A stretch of 59,678 nt of DNA from Bacteroidota bacterium (GCA_005799025.1 SYHX01000052.1:1-59678), one strand, 5' to 3'. Positions 46,432 through 57,760 are shown, counted from the stretch's first letter. Notes: generated by a model not told the origin, from the sequence alone. Program-made: numbers and translations.

Positions 46432-47120
46432 GCTATAGGATGTTTCTCGGTAAGCTCGAGGGTATCGCCCACCATAAATTCTAGTTCCGTAAGCTGCCTT
46501 TCTACTTTGACGGTAAAGTAGTTATAGGCTAAATAGGCAAGAATTCCGACCATCAAACCTGCAGCAGTAGTGACCATTGCCTCGTAAATACCACCTGACA
46601 ATTTGGAAGGATCTATGGAGGCTCCTGATATGGACATTTGGTAAAAGGCACGGATCATTCCCGTAACGGTACCCAAGAAGCCAACCATGGGGGCAGCACC
46701 GGATACCGTGGCCATCATGGCAAGATTTTTCTCATAGTGTACGGATTCTTTTTTTCCATAATAGTCCATATGCTCACGCATCGAATCCATAGAAAGAGAA
46801 GATTGTTTCTCAAACATTTGAAGGTATAACCGAGCCAAGGGTAAATCAGAACGCTTACACGTTTCAATGGCCTTTGCAGCTTGACCGGCTTTGATGAAAA
46901 CCTGAATATCACGATGCAAAGTATCTAATCCTTGGCTGTAACGTTTGAGGGTCATGTAGCGTTCCACCATGAGGTAAACGATCAAAATCGAAAACGCGAG
47001 CAACGGAATCATAAACGGACCTCCTTTGAGAGCAAGGTCCAAGACGTTGAGTGACGAAGAAGGAGCCAACGGCTCAATTTTTAGCCACTGTGGTAAAGAG
47101 GAAACTACAAGGAAGGTCAT
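46428..47120 (-). CDS. exbB: MotA/TolQ/ExbB proton-channel protein
   Basis: It has three TM segments and the conserved MVGFLGTVTGMIRAF and GGIYEAMVTTAAGL motifs. Confidence 0.88.
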   Translation of the reverse strand: MTFLVVSSLPQWLKIEPLAPSSSLNVLDLALKGGPFMIPLLAFSILIVYLMVERYMTLKRYSQGLDTLHRDIQVFIKAGQAAKAIETCKRSDLPLARLYLQMFEKQSSLSMDSMREHMDYYGKKESVHYEKNLAMMATVSGAAPMVGFLGTVTGMIRAFYQMSISGASIDPSKLSGGIYEAMVTTAAGLMVGILAYLAYNYFTVKVERQLTELEFMVGDTLELTEKHPIA

Positions 47121-47351
47121 TGGGAAGTTTTAGAAAAGAACTTTTCGAAAATTAGTCAGATAAATAAGGGGGGGTGCAAGACAACATAAGAAAACGCCAA
47201 AATAGTTCAAAAGTGTTCGTGGTTTTGAGTTTAGGCGCTATTGATTTGAATTATGGGTTTAAGGGGATAAAAGTTATCAAATAATGACCTAAAATAGACC
47301 TGATCATGATTAAAATGACGTATTTTGTAGCGATAAAGTATAAACAAGTCC

Positions 47352-49868
47352 ATGACCGAAACGTCGAAAATTATACCCATTCTTATTGAAGAGGAAATGA
47401 AATCCGCTTATATCGATTATTCGATGTCGGTGATCGTTTCCAGAGCTTTACCTGACGTGCGAGATGGCCTGAAACCTGTGCATCGCAGGGTACTTTTTGG
47501 GATGAACGAACTTGGGCTTTCCTACAACAAGCCCTATAAGAAATCAGCTCGTATTGTAGGCGAGGTTTTGGGTAAATACCATCCCCACGGTGATTCATCG
47601 GTTTACGATACCATGGTTCGCATGGCTCAGACTTGGTCGATGCGCTATCCGCTAGTGGATGGCCAGGGTAATTTTGGCTCGGTGGATGGGGATAGCCCTG
47701 CGGCTATGCGTTATACCGAAGCCCGTTTGACCAAGCTTGCCGAGGATATGTTGGCCGACATTGAGAAAGAAACAGTTGATTTTCAGCTAAATTTCGATGA
47801 TTCTTTGGAGGAGCCCACGGTCATGCCTTGCAAGTTCCCCAACCTGCTCATGAACGGCTCTGCGGGCATTGCTGTCGGTATGGCGACCAATATGGCGCCT
47901 CATAACTTGTCCGAAATCATCGATGGCATACATGCTTATATCGACAATAGAGATATACAGTGCGATGAACTTCTTCAGTATGTCAAAGCACCTGACTTTC
48001 CAACCGGGGGTATACTGTACGGATACGAAGGGATTCGGGAAGCCCTGCTAACAGGAAGGGGTAGGGTGGTGATTAGGGCCAAAGCCTCCATCGAAGTTTT
48101 GGATAACGGCCGTGAACGAATTATCGTCACCGAAATTCCGTACTTGGTCAACAAAGCAGACATGCTGCAGAAGACCGGAGACCTGGTCAACGAAAAGAAA
48201 CTGGAAGGCATCTCAGAAATCCGCGACGAATCAGACCGTGACGGAATGCGTATCGTTTACGAAATACGCAAAGACGCTTTGGCCTCAGTAGTGCTCAACC
48301 ACTTATACAAATACACCGCTCTTCAAAATTCATTTTCCGTCAATAATATTGCCTTGGTCAAAGGAAGGCCACAAGCCCTGAACATCTTGGACATGATCCG
48401 GCATTTTGTGGATCATCGCCACGAAGTCGTGCTTCGGCGTACCAAGTATGAATTGGCTGAAGCTGAACGAAAAGCCCACATTTTGGAGGGTTACCTCATC
48501 GCCTTAGATCATTTGGATGAAATTATCGCTTTGATTCGTGCATCAGCAAACCCCGATATCGCGAAGGAGGGTCTGGTATCTCAATTCGGTTTGAGCGAAA
48601 TCCAAGCCAAAGCCATTCTTGAATTGCGTTTGCAGCGTCTTACCGGGATGGAACGTGACAAAATCCGTCAAGAATACGCGGAGATTATGTCTTTGATTGC
48701 CAGGCTTAAGGCGATTCTTGCAGACGAAGGAATTCGTATGCAAATCATCAAAGACGAACTCATTGAAATCAAAGAGAAATTCGGTGACGCACGCCGTTCC
48801 GAAATAGTCTATGCCGCTGGTGATTTCCGTATGGAGGATATGATTGAAGAAGAAGACGTCGTCGTTACAGTCTCTCATCTTGGTTATATTAAACGTACCC
48901 CGGTCGCGGAATACCGAGTGCAGAATCGGGGAGGTAAGGGTGCCATGGGCGGAGCCACCCGTAATGAAGATTTCATTGAGCATATGGTGGTAGCTTCAAC
49001 ACACCATTACATTCTTCTTTTTACGGAACAAGGGCGATGCTTTTGGTTGAAGGTTTACGAAATCCCGGAAGGCTCCAAGAACACCAAGGGCAGGGCAGTC
49101 CAAAATTTGTTGTTAATCCCAGCAGACGACAAAATCAGAGCCTATATCACGGTCCGTAGTTTGGATGACCGAGCCTATCTCGAAAATAACTTTATTGTCT
49201 TCTGCACCCGCAGAGGTATAATCAAAAAAACAACTTTGGAGGCCTATAGCCGTCCAAGAGCCAATGGGATCATTGCAATTTCTGTCAATGATGGGGATCA
49301 ATTGCTTGAAGCAAGGCTGACCAACGGTCAGTCTGAGATCATCTTGGCGGTAAGTACCGGTCGGGCGATCCGTTTTCCGGAGTCCAAGGTGAGACCCATG
49401 GGCCGAAATGCCACTGGTGTGAAGGGCATCACCTGCGATGAATCCATTGAAGAAGTGATCGGGATGGTTTGTATTCAGCAAGCTTCCACTTCTTTGCTTG
49501 TGGTCTCCGAAAATGGCTACGGTAAACGCTCTGAAATGGAAGATTACCGTGTGACTAATCGGGGCGGGAAAGGGGTCCGTACCTTGAATATTACAGAAAA
49601 GACGGGTAAACTCGTGGCATTGCAAGCCGTAGAAGACAGCGACGATTTGATGATCATCAACAAAAGCGGAGTTGCGATTCGAATTGGTGTGGATTCCCTT
49701 CGAGTCATGGGCCGTGCAACACAGGGCGTACGATTAATTCGTCTTGAGGGCAAAGATCAAATTGCCTCTGTTGCCAGAGTCGAAAAGGATGAATCTACCG
49801 AAACAGACATTAACCTTTCTCAGAATCAAGAGGAACCACCTTCAGGAACAATAGATGCAAACACCTAG
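47352..49868 (+). CDS. gyrA: DNA gyrase subunit A
   Basis: Motifs seen are [17 protein letters not shown] and the active-site [10 protein letters not shown]. The QRDR context reads [11 protein letters not shown]-terminal beta-pinwheel repeats are present. The protein is 838 aa. Confidence 0.97.
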   Translation: MTETSKIIPILIEEEMKSAYIDYSMSVIVSRALPDVRDGLKPVHRRVLFGMNELGLSYNKPYKKSARIVGEVLGKYHPHGDSSVYDTMVRMAQTWSMRYPLVDGQGNFGSVDGDSPAAMRYTEARLTKLAEDMLADIEKETVDFQLNFDDSLEEPTVMPCKFPNLLMNGSAGIAVGMATNMAPHNLSEIIDGIHAYIDNRDIQCDELLQYVKAPDFPTGGILYGYEGIREALLTGRGRVVIRAKASIEVLDNGRERIIVTEIPYLVNKADMLQKTGDLVNEKKLEGISEIRDESDRDGMRIVYEIRKDALASVVLNHLYKYTALQNSFSVNNIALVKGRPQALNILDMIRHFVDHRHEVVLRRTKYELAEAERKAHILEGYLIALDHLDEIIALIRASANPDIAKEGLVSQFGLSEIQAKAILELRLQRLTGMERDKIRQEYAEIMSLIARLKAILADEGIRMQIIKDELIEIKEKFGDARRSEIVYAAGDFRMEDMIEEEDVVVTVSHLGYIKRTPVAEYRVQNRGGKGAMGGATRNEDFIEHMVVASTHHYILLFTEQGRCFWLKVYEIPEGSKNTKGRAVQNLLLIPADDKIRAYITVRSLDDRAYLENNFIVFCTRRGIIKKTTLEAYSRPRANGIIAISVNDGDQLLEARLTNGQSEIILAVSTGRAIRFPESKVRPMGRNATGVKGITCDESIEEVIGMVCIQQASTSLLVVSENGYGKRSEMEDYRVTNRGGKGVRTLNITEKTGKLVALQAVEDSDDLMIINKSGVAIRIGVDSLRVMGRATQGVRLIRLEGKDQIASVARVEKDESTETDINLSQNQEEPPSGTIDANT

Positions 49869-49927
49869 TTTTCAATCATACCCTAAACCAACATTACTTT
49901 TACAAATAATCACCTTATTCCAATCGA

Positions 49928-51061
49928 ATGAAAGCCGTCCTCCTCACCCTTGCCATAGTTTGTTCCTTAATGACCGCTTTGGCCCAACCTAACAAAGTTC
50001 AAAGTGCGATTATTTATATCAATTATGGGGAATACGACAAAGCCAAACAATCCATTGACGAAGCCATAGTTCATCCCAAAACAGAGAATTCGGCCAAAGC
50101 CTGGTTTTATAGGGGCGAGGTGCATTTGGGGATTTATGGCGATACATTATTAGGCCCACAATTCCCTGAGGCATTGGATATTGCTTGGGAGTCCTATCTC
50201 CGCTGCATTGAACTGGATACCAAAAACGACCACCGAGAAGATGCCGCTAAGAAGGTTGACATTATCCAAGCGGGTTTTTATAACGAAGGTGTCGACGCCT
50301 ATGTGAGGAAGGATTATGCTGAAGCCATACTGCGTTTCGAGCAGCTACTAAGCGTAAATCCTCAGGATACCTCGGTTTTATTCAATGCGGCATTAACCTG
50401 CGGAAAAATGAATGATAACGCCAAGGCAATGGAATATTGGCTTGCCTTGCTCGCCAACGGCTACAATAAACCTGGCGTTTTTGTGGAATTAGCACGACTA
50501 TCCAAAATAGCTGGTGATACCACAGCAGCTTTGACCTACTTGCAACAGGGACGGGACGTCTTCCCGAACGATATTGGTTTGGTCATTGACGAATTGAACA
50601 TTTATCTAATTCAGGGTAAGCAAGAAATGGCCATTGATAAATTAACTGCGGCTATAGCTCTGGAACCGTCGAATGTGAATTTGTATTTCGCTCGTGGTAC
50701 AGCCTACGATAACACCAAAAAATCAGATCTCGCTGAAGCCGATTACCATAAGGCGATTGAGATCAAGGCAGATTATTTCGACCCTTATTACAATCTAGGA
50801 GCCATGTATTTTAATGCTGCGGCTGAAATGGCCAACCTAGCGGACAAAATCCCATTTTCCAAACAAAAGGAGTTTGAGGCAGCGGATGCCAAAGCCAAAG
50901 CTGCCTTTGAAAAAGCAAAACCGTTTCTCGAAAAAGCACATGAATTGCAGCCAGACGACAGCAACACAATGATATCGCTGCAGCAATTGTATGCTCGTCT
51001 AAAGATGAACGATGAAATGCTGAATATGAAGAAGAAAAGAGAAGACGCAAAGTCAAAATAA
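49928..51061 (+). CDS. Secreted tetratricopeptide-repeat protein
   Basis: The signal peptide is MKAVLLTLAIVCSLMTALAQ. It is followed by multiple 34-residue TPR-like units such as AEADYHKAIEIKADYFDPYYNLG. Confidence 0.75.
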   Translation: MKAVLLTLAIVCSLMTALAQPNKVQSAIIYINYGEYDKAKQSIDEAIVHPKTENSAKAWFYRGEVHLGIYGDTLLGPQFPEALDIAWESYLRCIELDTKNDHREDAAKKVDIIQAGFYNEGVDAYVRKDYAEAILRFEQLLSVNPQDTSVLFNAALTCGKMNDNAKAMEYWLALLANGYNKPGVFVELARLSKIAGDTTAALTYLQQGRDVFPNDIGLVIDELNIYLIQGKQEMAIDKLTAAIALEPSNVNLYFARGTAYDNTKKSDLAEADYHKAIEIKADYFDPYYNLGAMYFNAAAEMANLADKIPFSKQKEFEAADAKAKAAFEKAKPFLEKAHELQPDDSNTMISLQQLYARLKMNDEMLNMKKKREDAKSK

Positions 51062-51079
51062 CCAAGACCGACAAGCAGT

Positions 51080-52447
51080 TTGCTCAGGAGGGTGACTCAT
51101 CGACCACTACCAACGCCATTCATCGCTCGTCTGCAAAAGGAATTTGGCTCTGAAGCAGAAGATTTAATTGCCCAAATTCACCACTCAGAATCTGCAGCCA
51201 GGACCCTAAGAATTTTGGAAGGAATCGATCCCCATGAGATAAAAGGATTTCAAAGTATTGGTCAAGTTCCTTGGTGTGAATCCGCGCATTGGTTTAATAG
51301 AACGATAGAGGAAGATTCTATACCCATCCATCATTATCCTGGTTACCAGACAGGGGCTTGGCATGTGCAAGAGGCTTCAGGACTTTTGCTTGATTATCTG
51401 TTACCCAAAATCCAAGGGATGGGATTGCAGATGAATTTGATATTGGATGCCTGTGCCGCACCCGGTGGTAAAACCCTCACCTTACTTAAGAATTTACCTT
51501 CAGAGGGAATCCTTGTCGCAGCCGAACCGCAACAAGATAGGCTTAACACCCTTTTGGAAACCATATCCCGGACTGGATCTTCCCAGGTCATGGTAACCAA
51601 CGCTAACGCCACAGCATGGGGTGCTGTTCCCAACCTTTGGGATGGAATTTTGGTGGATATCCCATGCAGTGGGGAAGGTATGTTTCGCAAAAATCATGAT
51701 GCCTTGAAGGAATGGTCCTTGAACAAATGCGAAGCATGTGCTCAAATCCAGTATCCTATTTTGGAGTCTTTGGTTCGAAGCCTAAGACCTGGGGGATGGA
51801 TGATTTACTGTACATGCACCTACGGCTTTTTGGAAAATACGGAAATGTTAAAGCCGTGGATATTGAATGATATTCTGGAGCCAATGGAAATTCAAATCCC
51901 TGAAGAATGGGGATTTACGCCTGCTTCTGTTATTGATAATCGTTGGCCAGATGGTAGTTCCGCGTGGTGGGCCATTCCAGGAAAGGTTGAAGGGGAAGGG
52001 TTCTTTTGTGCAATTTTGAGGAAATCTCAAGATGATGGATTTTCTTCTACGGCTTCTGCACGGTTAGCCTTCGATTCTTCTTTGGCAGACGCAGAAAGGT
52101 CCGTTATGCTGAAAGCCATTTGGCCTAAGAATATTAAAGTACTACGTGACGGATTACCCTTATGGTCCAAAGTGGGCGTACCTAGTCAGGACCTTGCCCA
52201 TGCCTTGGGGCGTCGTCGAACCACAGAACTTCAGGAGCAACTTAAAAAGATTGGTTTTGTGTGGCATGAAATGTCGCTGGAAGAACCGTTGGCCTCGTGG
52301 TACCTCCAAGGCCAATCTTTGAGAATAGGTGACCTACGCGAAGGATGGAATTTGATGTGTTACCAAGGTTTGGGTTTAGGATGGATGCACAAAAACGGCG
52401 AGACTATTAACAACTATTACCCTAAATCACGAAGGATCAGGCGATGA
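51080..52447 (+). CDS. rRNA cytosine-C5 methyltransferase (NOL1/NOP2/Sun; RsmF/RsmB-like)
   Basis: The SAM motif DACAAPGGKT and the catalytic Cys contexts DIPCSGEGMFRKN and YCTCT are present. It has a TTG start. Confidence 0.8.
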   Translation: MLRRVTHRPLPTPFIARLQKEFGSEAEDLIAQIHHSESAARTLRILEGIDPHEIKGFQSIGQVPWCESAHWFNRTIEEDSIPIHHYPGYQTGAWHVQEASGLLLDYLLPKIQGMGLQMNLILDACAAPGGKTLTLLKNLPSEGILVAAEPQQDRLNTLLETISRTGSSQVMVTNANATAWGAVPNLWDGILVDIPCSGEGMFRKNHDALKEWSLNKCEACAQIQYPILESLVRSLRPGGWMIYCTCTYGFLENTEMLKPWILNDILEPMEIQIPEEWGFTPASVIDNRWPDGSSAWWAIPGKVEGEGFFCAILRKSQDDGFSSTASARLAFDSSLADAERSVMLKAIWPKNIKVLRDGLPLWSKVGVPSQDLAHALGRRRTTELQEQLKKIGFVWHEMSLEEPLASWYLQGQSLRIGDLREGWNLMCYQGLGLGWMHKNGETINNYYPKSRRIRR

Positions 52448-53010
52448 ATGCGAATAACCTGTTGAATAAGGGATTGGGATCCATCGTTGGTAATGGTATA
52501 TTGGCAATGAGGCTTTAACTTTTCTTCACTCCATTGATGTTTGAGTCGATCCGAAATTTCTGTATCCGACCATCCATTTCGCTTGCGGATACGATTCACA
52601 CGTAACATTTCAGTGGTTGAAACTAAAATATTGCACCGCATTTGTAAGGATGAGCCGCTTTGCACCAAAAGCGCTGCTTCGTGCAAGGTATAAGGAGTGT
52701 TTTGCATCGCATCCCAATACTCAGAGTCGGCAGCAACCTTGGGATGAACCAAGTTATTTAAATCTTGTAGTAACGCTGCGTCCTGAAACACTCTCTCGGC
52801 AATATAAGCGCGGTCAATTGTTTCGTTGTTCAGATAGGCTTGTGGTCCTAGTAATTGAATAATTGCATCTTGCAGAGGACCTGGCCTGCTCATCAATGAA
52901 CGAGCGCGTAAATCGGCGTTGTAAACTGGAATACCCAAAAGATTGAAAATTCCAGCGACCAACGTTTTGCCTGACCCCATATTTCCCGTCAGGCCAACCC
53001 TCTTGTTCAC
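52417..53010 (-). CDS. coaE: Dephospho-CoA kinase
   Basis: The P-loop VGLTGNMGSGKT is present and the protein is 197 aa. The GTG start overlaps the yajC stop (GTGA). Confidence 0.88.
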   Translation of the reverse strand: MNKRVGLTGNMGSGKTLVAGIFNLLGIPVYNADLRARSLMSRPGPLQDAIIQLLGPQAYLNNETIDRAYIAERVFQDAALLQDLNNLVHPKVAADSEYWDAMQNTPYTLHEAALLVQSGSSLQMRCNILVSTTEMLRVNRIRKRNGWSDTEISDRLKHQWSEEKLKPHCQYTITNDGSQSLIQQVIRIHRLILRDLG

Positions 53011-53345
53011 TTGCTTGCTGGAGGATACGCGCTCAGTGTGGTTTCTTTGGAAATCGCGGATCGTTCAATTTTAAATCTCGCCTGAGATTCCGATTCGAGG
53101 ATTACCCATTCTGGAGAGGATTCGGCAATCTTCCCGTGCATTCCTCCAATGGTCACAACACGATCCCCTTTTTGGAGATTATCTCTGAACTTTCTCTCCT
53201 CTTTGGTTTTGACGCTTTGAGGTCGAATCATGAAGAAATAAAAGACCACAAAAATGGCCACCCATGGCAACAATTGCATCCATGGTGCAGGTGCAGCGGC
53301 ACCAGTAGGGGGAGGAGACATCAACATTAAGGCATACACGTTCAT
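53007..53345 (-). CDS. yajC: Preprotein translocase subunit YajC
   Basis: Motifs seen are FYFFMIRPQ, L.KGD.V.T.GG and HGKI. The protein is 112 aa. Confidence 0.85.
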   Translation of the reverse strand: MNVYALMLMSPPPTGAAAPAPWMQLLPWVAIFVVFYFFMIRPQSVKTKEERKFRDNLQKGDRVVTIGGMHGKIAESSPEWVILESESQARFKIERSAISKETTLSAYPPASK

Positions 53346-53380
53346 AAGGTAAGGAGTTTGGTGGGGGATAATTAATAAAA

Positions 53381-53902
53381 TCAGGGAATAATATTCGCTT
53401 TTATTCGAATTTCGTTGGTGTTAGGAAGGGTATTGGCAAGCACGGTAACTTGTTTTTCTTGAACACCGTTCTTTCCCTCAGAATTGAAGAGAACACGAAT
53501 AAAACCATCTTTTCCTGGGGATATAGGTTCTTTGGGAAAATCAGGTATTGTACAACCGCAGGATCCACTTGCATTTTGAATGATCAAATCACGTCGTCCA
53601 CGATTGACGAAACGGAAGGAATACGAGACTTTTTCGCCAGCCTTGATATTCCCAAAATTATGAAGTGTTTTGTCGAATTCCATTATAGGAAGGGCTTTTG
53701 GGTCTGATTGACCGTCTGCATGAACCGGCAAATCTACATCATCGGCATTCAATTTTCCTTTTTCACTCTTACTTTGACAACCTGATACAAGCATACCCAA
53801 AACAAGCCCAATGGGTATCCCAAAACTTAGAAAACAGGAAAAATTCAATATCGAAGAAAATTGTTTTAACATCCTAACAAATATTATTTTGGTAACCGTC
53901 AT
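53381..53902 (-). CDS. DUF1573 domain-containing lipoprotein
   Basis: FDKTLHNFGNIKAGEKVSYSFRFVNRGRRDLIIQNASGSCGCT is the DUF1573 signature. The ATG at 53902 overlaps the nusB stop (ATGA). An alternative ATG lies at 53872. Confidence 0.75.
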   Translation of the reverse strand: MTVTKIIFVRMLKQFSSILNFSCFLSFGIPIGLVLGMLVSGCQSKSEKGKLNADDVDLPVHADGQSDPKALPIMEFDKTLHNFGNIKAGEKVSYSFRFVNRGRRDLIIQNASGSCGCTIPDFPKEPISPGKDGFIRVLFNSEGKNGVQEKQVTVLANTLPNTNEIRIKANIIP

Positions 53903-54840
53903 GATTCAACGAGGCCACGACCACTTTTGGAAATTAATCCCTTGTGTAGCATATCCGCCTTGATTTTGTCCAATAATCCGTTGACAAAGGAAGCGGACTG
54001 GGGTGTAGAATAAACTTTGGCTAATTCTATATATTCGTTGATGGTAACCTTAACGGGGATCTCCGTAAAAAGGCTTAATTCTACGCATGCCATTTGAACA
54101 ATCAAAAAGTCAACCCGCGCCAACCTTTCGGGATCCCATTGCCCTGTGTGGGCTTCAATGAGCGGCTGATAGGCTGTTGAATCCTGGAGTAATTCTTTGA
54201 ACATGGTACTGACAAAACGATCATCGCTTTGCCACAATCTCAAGATACCGTGAGCATCCGGGAAGCCTTCTCCCTCCTCCATTTTCAACAATATTTGGAC
54301 GACTTGGCGGTCGATAAGGTAGCGATCGGAATCCCAATATAAATTATGTTCTGATTGCCAAGGGCTGTACCAATCGCCAGACGAAATGCATTTTTCAAAA
54401 ACAGTTTTGATCCCTGCAATCCCTCGCAAGTCTTCAAAAGCGATTTTGGCACCTAGGCATTTCCGGTCGTTGATAGCGTCAAAAAGAGCTCTTAGCATAT
54501 CTGACGAAACCTCCAAGTGTTCGACAGCACACAATTGCAGGGCTTTGCGATACAAAGAATCCTTTTCAAGAAGTTCCGATAAGGGATGATTAGCCAAACC
54601 ATGTCCGGGACCCGTTTGGCGGTTTCGTTCAAGGAGTTTACCGGAACGTTCTTCATTACGAAGGTTAGCATATTGAAACAATCGTTCCAGAAGAACGAAG
54701 GCCATGACCAGAGATCGTAACGAAAGCGTTGCGGAGTTCTGAAATTGTTGGGTTACAAAAGAATAATCCTCCTGTCCCTGTTGCCTACTCGCAAAAATCC
54801 ACTGTAGAAGTTTAACGCGCAGATGATGTCGATTGATCAT
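53899..54840 (-). CDS. nusB: Transcription antitermination factor NusB (long Bacteroidota form)
   Basis: The C-terminal NusB core is present (TINEYIELAKVYSTPQSASFVNGLLDKI). The protein is 313 aa and sits in the conserved nusB-DUF1573-yajC-coaE order. Confidence 0.8.
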   Translation of the reverse strand: MINRHHLRVKLLQWIFASRQQGQEDYSFVTQQFQNSATLSLRSLVMAFVLLERLFQYANLRNEERSGKLLERNRQTGPGHGLANHPLSELLEKDSLYRKALQLCAVEHLEVSSDMLRALFDAINDRKCLGAKIAFEDLRGIAGIKTVFEKCISSGDWYSPWQSEHNLYWDSDRYLIDRQVVQILLKMEEGEGFPDAHGILRLWQSDDRFVSTMFKELLQDSTAYQPLIEAHTGQWDPERLARVDFLIVQMACVELSLFTEIPVKVTINEYIELAKVYSTPQSASFVNGLLDKIKADMLHKGLISKSGRGLVES

Positions 54841-55916
54841 GATTGAACGGAGGACAAACGCTTTTGGGCCAATTGAATTGCTGCCTTGTTCGTGCTGATC
54901 TTGTCGTTGCTTGCTTGTTCGAAAATAGCTAGTGTTTGATGATAAATGTTATTAGTTTGTTCCATCGCCCAGGCACGGTCAAAACCTTTGATTTCGGCAT
55001 AGACATTGATTAGACCTCCAGCGTTGATGACAAAGTCAGGGGCATAGGCAATGCTACGGTCCATGAGCCTCTGCATATCCCCATCTTCTGCCAATTGGTT
55101 GTTTGCTCCACCTGCAACGAGGCTGCAGCGTAAATGTGGAATCGATTCGTTGTTCAGGGTTCCTCCCAAGGCACATGGAGCATATATATCCATTTCGGCA
55201 TCAATCACTTGCAATGGATTGACCACAATAAGCCCCTGATACTTCTTCATTAATGCCTCGATAGCTGGATCATAGACATCTGAAATCAAAACCTGGGCAC
55301 CTTCGGAAATTAAATGCCCGACCAAGTAGCCGCCTACGTTCCCCACGCCTTGTACCAAGACGCGACGACCTGCAAGGTCGTTTGTTCCAAAAACGGTCTG
55401 AGCTCCGGCTTTCATTCCCATGTAAACGCCAAAGGCTGTTACGGGGGAAGGATCTCCAGAACCCCCCATACTTTCGGGTAATCCACTTACATGGGGAGTC
55501 TCTGAGGCAATCCATGCCATATCAGTTTTGGAGGTTCCCACGTCTTCGGCTGTAATATATTTGCCGGACAGAGAATTGACAAAACGACCGTAGGCTTTGA
55601 ACAAAGCTTCGGATTTGTCCGTGCGTGAATTACCAATAATGACTGCTTTACCCCCTCCCAAATTGAGTCCTGCAACCGCTGCCTTGTAGGTCATTCCTTG
55701 GGATAGTCGTAACACATCACGAACAGCATCGTCTTCGCTCTTGTAATTCCACATTCTGGTACCCCCTAGGGCAGGACCCAAAACCGTAGAATGGATACCG
55801 ATCATGGCTTTTAGCCCTGAAGCCTCATCATGGCAATATACCAACTGTTCATGGCCCATATCTTCCATGGTGGCCATAGGGCCTTTGGCGGCGGTTGTAG
55901 ATAAGGTATCGAACAT
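54837..55916 (-). CDS. Leucine (Glu/Leu/Phe/Val family) dehydrogenase
   Basis: Motifs seen are LGPALGGTRMWNY, GLNLGGGKAVI and the Rossmann GVGNVG. The protein is 359 aa. Confidence 0.88.
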   Translation of the reverse strand: MFDTLSTTAAKGPMATMEDMGHEQLVYCHDEASGLKAMIGIHSTVLGPALGGTRMWNYKSEDDAVRDVLRLSQGMTYKAAVAGLNLGGGKAVIIGNSRTDKSEALFKAYGRFVNSLSGKYITAEDVGTSKTDMAWIASETPHVSGLPESMGGSGDPSPVTAFGVYMGMKAGAQTVFGTNDLAGRRVLVQGVGNVGGYLVGHLISEGAQVLISDVYDPAIEALMKKYQGLIVVNPLQVIDAEMDIYAPCALGGTLNNESIPHLRCSLVAGGANNQLAEDGDMQRLMDRSIAYAPDFVINAGGLINVYAEIKGFDRAWAMEQTNNIYHQTLAIFEQASNDKISTNKAAIQLAQKRLSSVQS

Positions 55917-55981
55917 GAGTCGGGGATTTGAGGAGATTTTTCGAATTCTTAAGGGTCAAAAATAACCCAAAGGCTAGTGGA

Positions 55982-57757
55982 ATGACCTTATTTTGCTGTG
56001 TGAAATCGATGGCAGCCCTTCTAAAGCATTTGCGCGGCCACGAAAAATGGGTGTTGCCTGGGCTTTTTTGCCTTTTGTTGACCAACATATTCGGTGTTTT
56101 ACCACCTCAGATTATACGGCGATTAATGGATGCGGTAGGGCAGAACGAGTCCTCCGGTTTAGAGACCCTTCTATGGAGTTTGCTAGGGGCTACATTGGCC
56201 CGCGGGATTACGATGTATTGGATGAGGCAAACCTTGATTGTGATGTCAAGGCGTTGTGAACAGTCCATAAAGGATAGGTTGTTTGCTCAAATTTTGGCAA
56301 TGTCCCCAACTCAGGCTAAGGAATATGCTAGCGGAGACCTTATTTCGAGAATGACTGAAGATGTGAGCAAAATTCGAATGTTTCTAGGCCCTGGACTCAT
56401 GTATAGTCTCAACCTTTTGGTCCTTTTTGTCATGGTCATCGGGGTAATGCTACGGGTAAGTCCCCAACTTACCCTATGGGTTTTGACCCCGTTGCCCTTT
56501 TTGGTCATGGGAATTTATCTTCTGAATCTCAAAATTTTGACGAGGTCTGCCGCAATACAGACGCAATTGGGGCGGATGACTTCATTCGTTCAAGAAAGTT
56601 TGGTGGGCATGAAGCTTATCCAGGCCTTTGGGGCTGAATCTGGTTTTCTACGGGTTTTCGAAGCAGAGCTTCAGGAGTACAAATACAAAAACTTAGCTTT
56701 TGCAAGGGCGGATGCCTTGTTCTTTCCTTTGGCTTTGGCTCTAGTAGGTCTGAGCACCCTGCTTACTGTTTGGGTTGGGGGGCATCTTATGGCCAAAGGG
56801 GAAATCACTCTCGGAAATATCGCGGAATTCATCATATACATCAATATGCTCACCTGGCCTGTGACCTCGCTTGGCTGGGTAGCCTCCATCTATCAACAGT
56901 CCAAAGCGGCCCAATCCCGAATCAAGCCTTTGATGGAAGCCCCCCTGAGATCTCATCGGGTACAAGGATGGTCGCAGCCTTTGCCTTGGGGTTGGTCGTT
57001 GAAGGCGCTACATTTTGCGTATCCCAATGGTAATTTTTCCTTGCATATTTCTGATTTTGAGGCTCTTCCGGGACAGTTTATTGGCATTACAGGTACCATC
57101 GGAAGTGGTAAAAGCACATTATGGCAATTGCTTGCAGGTCAATTGAATCCTCAAAACGGGGTGCTCAATTTGGGAACGGGTTCGCTCAAAGACTGGAACG
57201 AATCTGTGCTTTTTTCGCATACCGCTTGGGTTCCTCAGGAAAACTATTTTTTCAACGATACTCTTCTCGCCAATCTTCGCTTGGGTGCTCCGTCCGCCCA
57301 TAGGCAAAAATGCTTAGATGTTTTGGAATTGGTTGAACTAGGCTCATGGGTCAGCGAATTACCTCATGGGTTGGATACGGTGATTGGGGAACGTGGGGTC
57401 CAGTTATCAGGTGGGCAAAAACAGCGACTCTCTTTGGCCAGAGCATGGATTAGGGATCCGGAATGGGTAATTCTGGACGATGCTCTTTCGGCCTTGGACA
57501 GCGGAACTGAAGAGGCCCTGATGTCCAAACTTTTGGGTGACCAGGGGAAGCGAGGGATTATCCTTATTTCCTTGAAAATTAAGCCATTGGTTCAAGCAGA
57601 TCGCATTTATGTCATGCACCAAGGGGGTATTTTGGCCCAGGGAAAACACGAAGAGTTATTGACGGGATGTGAACTCTATGCGCAAATGCACCGACTGCAA
57701 GTGCAAGTAAGCGTCTCAAATACCCCGTCCTTGCCTATTTTTGAACCACAAACTTAA
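55982..57757 (+). CDS. ABC exporter, fused permease/ATPase (MsbA-like)
   Basis: A six-helix TMD is followed by Walker A GTIGSGKST, the signature LSGGQKQRLSLARA, and Walker B ILDDALSALD. The start is ambiguous among 55928, 55982 and 56009. Confidence 0.88.
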   Translation: MTLFCCVKSMAALLKHLRGHEKWVLPGLFCLLLTNIFGVLPPQIIRRLMDAVGQNESSGLETLLWSLLGATLARGITMYWMRQTLIVMSRRCEQSIKDRLFAQILAMSPTQAKEYASGDLISRMTEDVSKIRMFLGPGLMYSLNLLVLFVMVIGVMLRVSPQLTLWVLTPLPFLVMGIYLLNLKILTRSAAIQTQLGRMTSFVQESLVGMKLIQAFGAESGFLRVFEAELQEYKYKNLAFARADALFFPLALALVGLSTLLTVWVGGHLMAKGEITLGNIAEFIIYINMLTWPVTSLGWVASIYQQSKAAQSRIKPLMEAPLRSHRVQGWSQPLPWGWSLKALHFAYPNGNFSLHISDFEALPGQFIGITGTIGSGKSTLWQLLAGQLNPQNGVLNLGTGSLKDWNESVLFSHTAWVPQENYFFNDTLLANLRLGAPSAHRQKCLDVLELVELGSWVSELPHGLDTVIGERGVQLSGGQKQRLSLARAWIRDPEWVILDDALSALDSGTEEALMSKLLGDQGKRGIILISLKIKPLVQADRIYVMHQGGILAQGKHEELLTGCELYAQMHRLQVQVSVSNTPSLPIFEPQT

Positions 57758-57760
57758 TTT

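Noticed and set aside
47121-47351. The idea that the parAB / gyrA neighbourhood might contain oriC.
   Set aside because: Only isolated one-mismatch DnaA-box-like 9-mers were seen, for example TTATCCACC in parA, TTATCCAAA at 6249-6257 and ATATCCACA in rdgB. All lie within or straddling coding sequence and are not clustered. There is no dnaA or dnaN here, and the AT-rich 231-bp spacer has no DnaA boxes.
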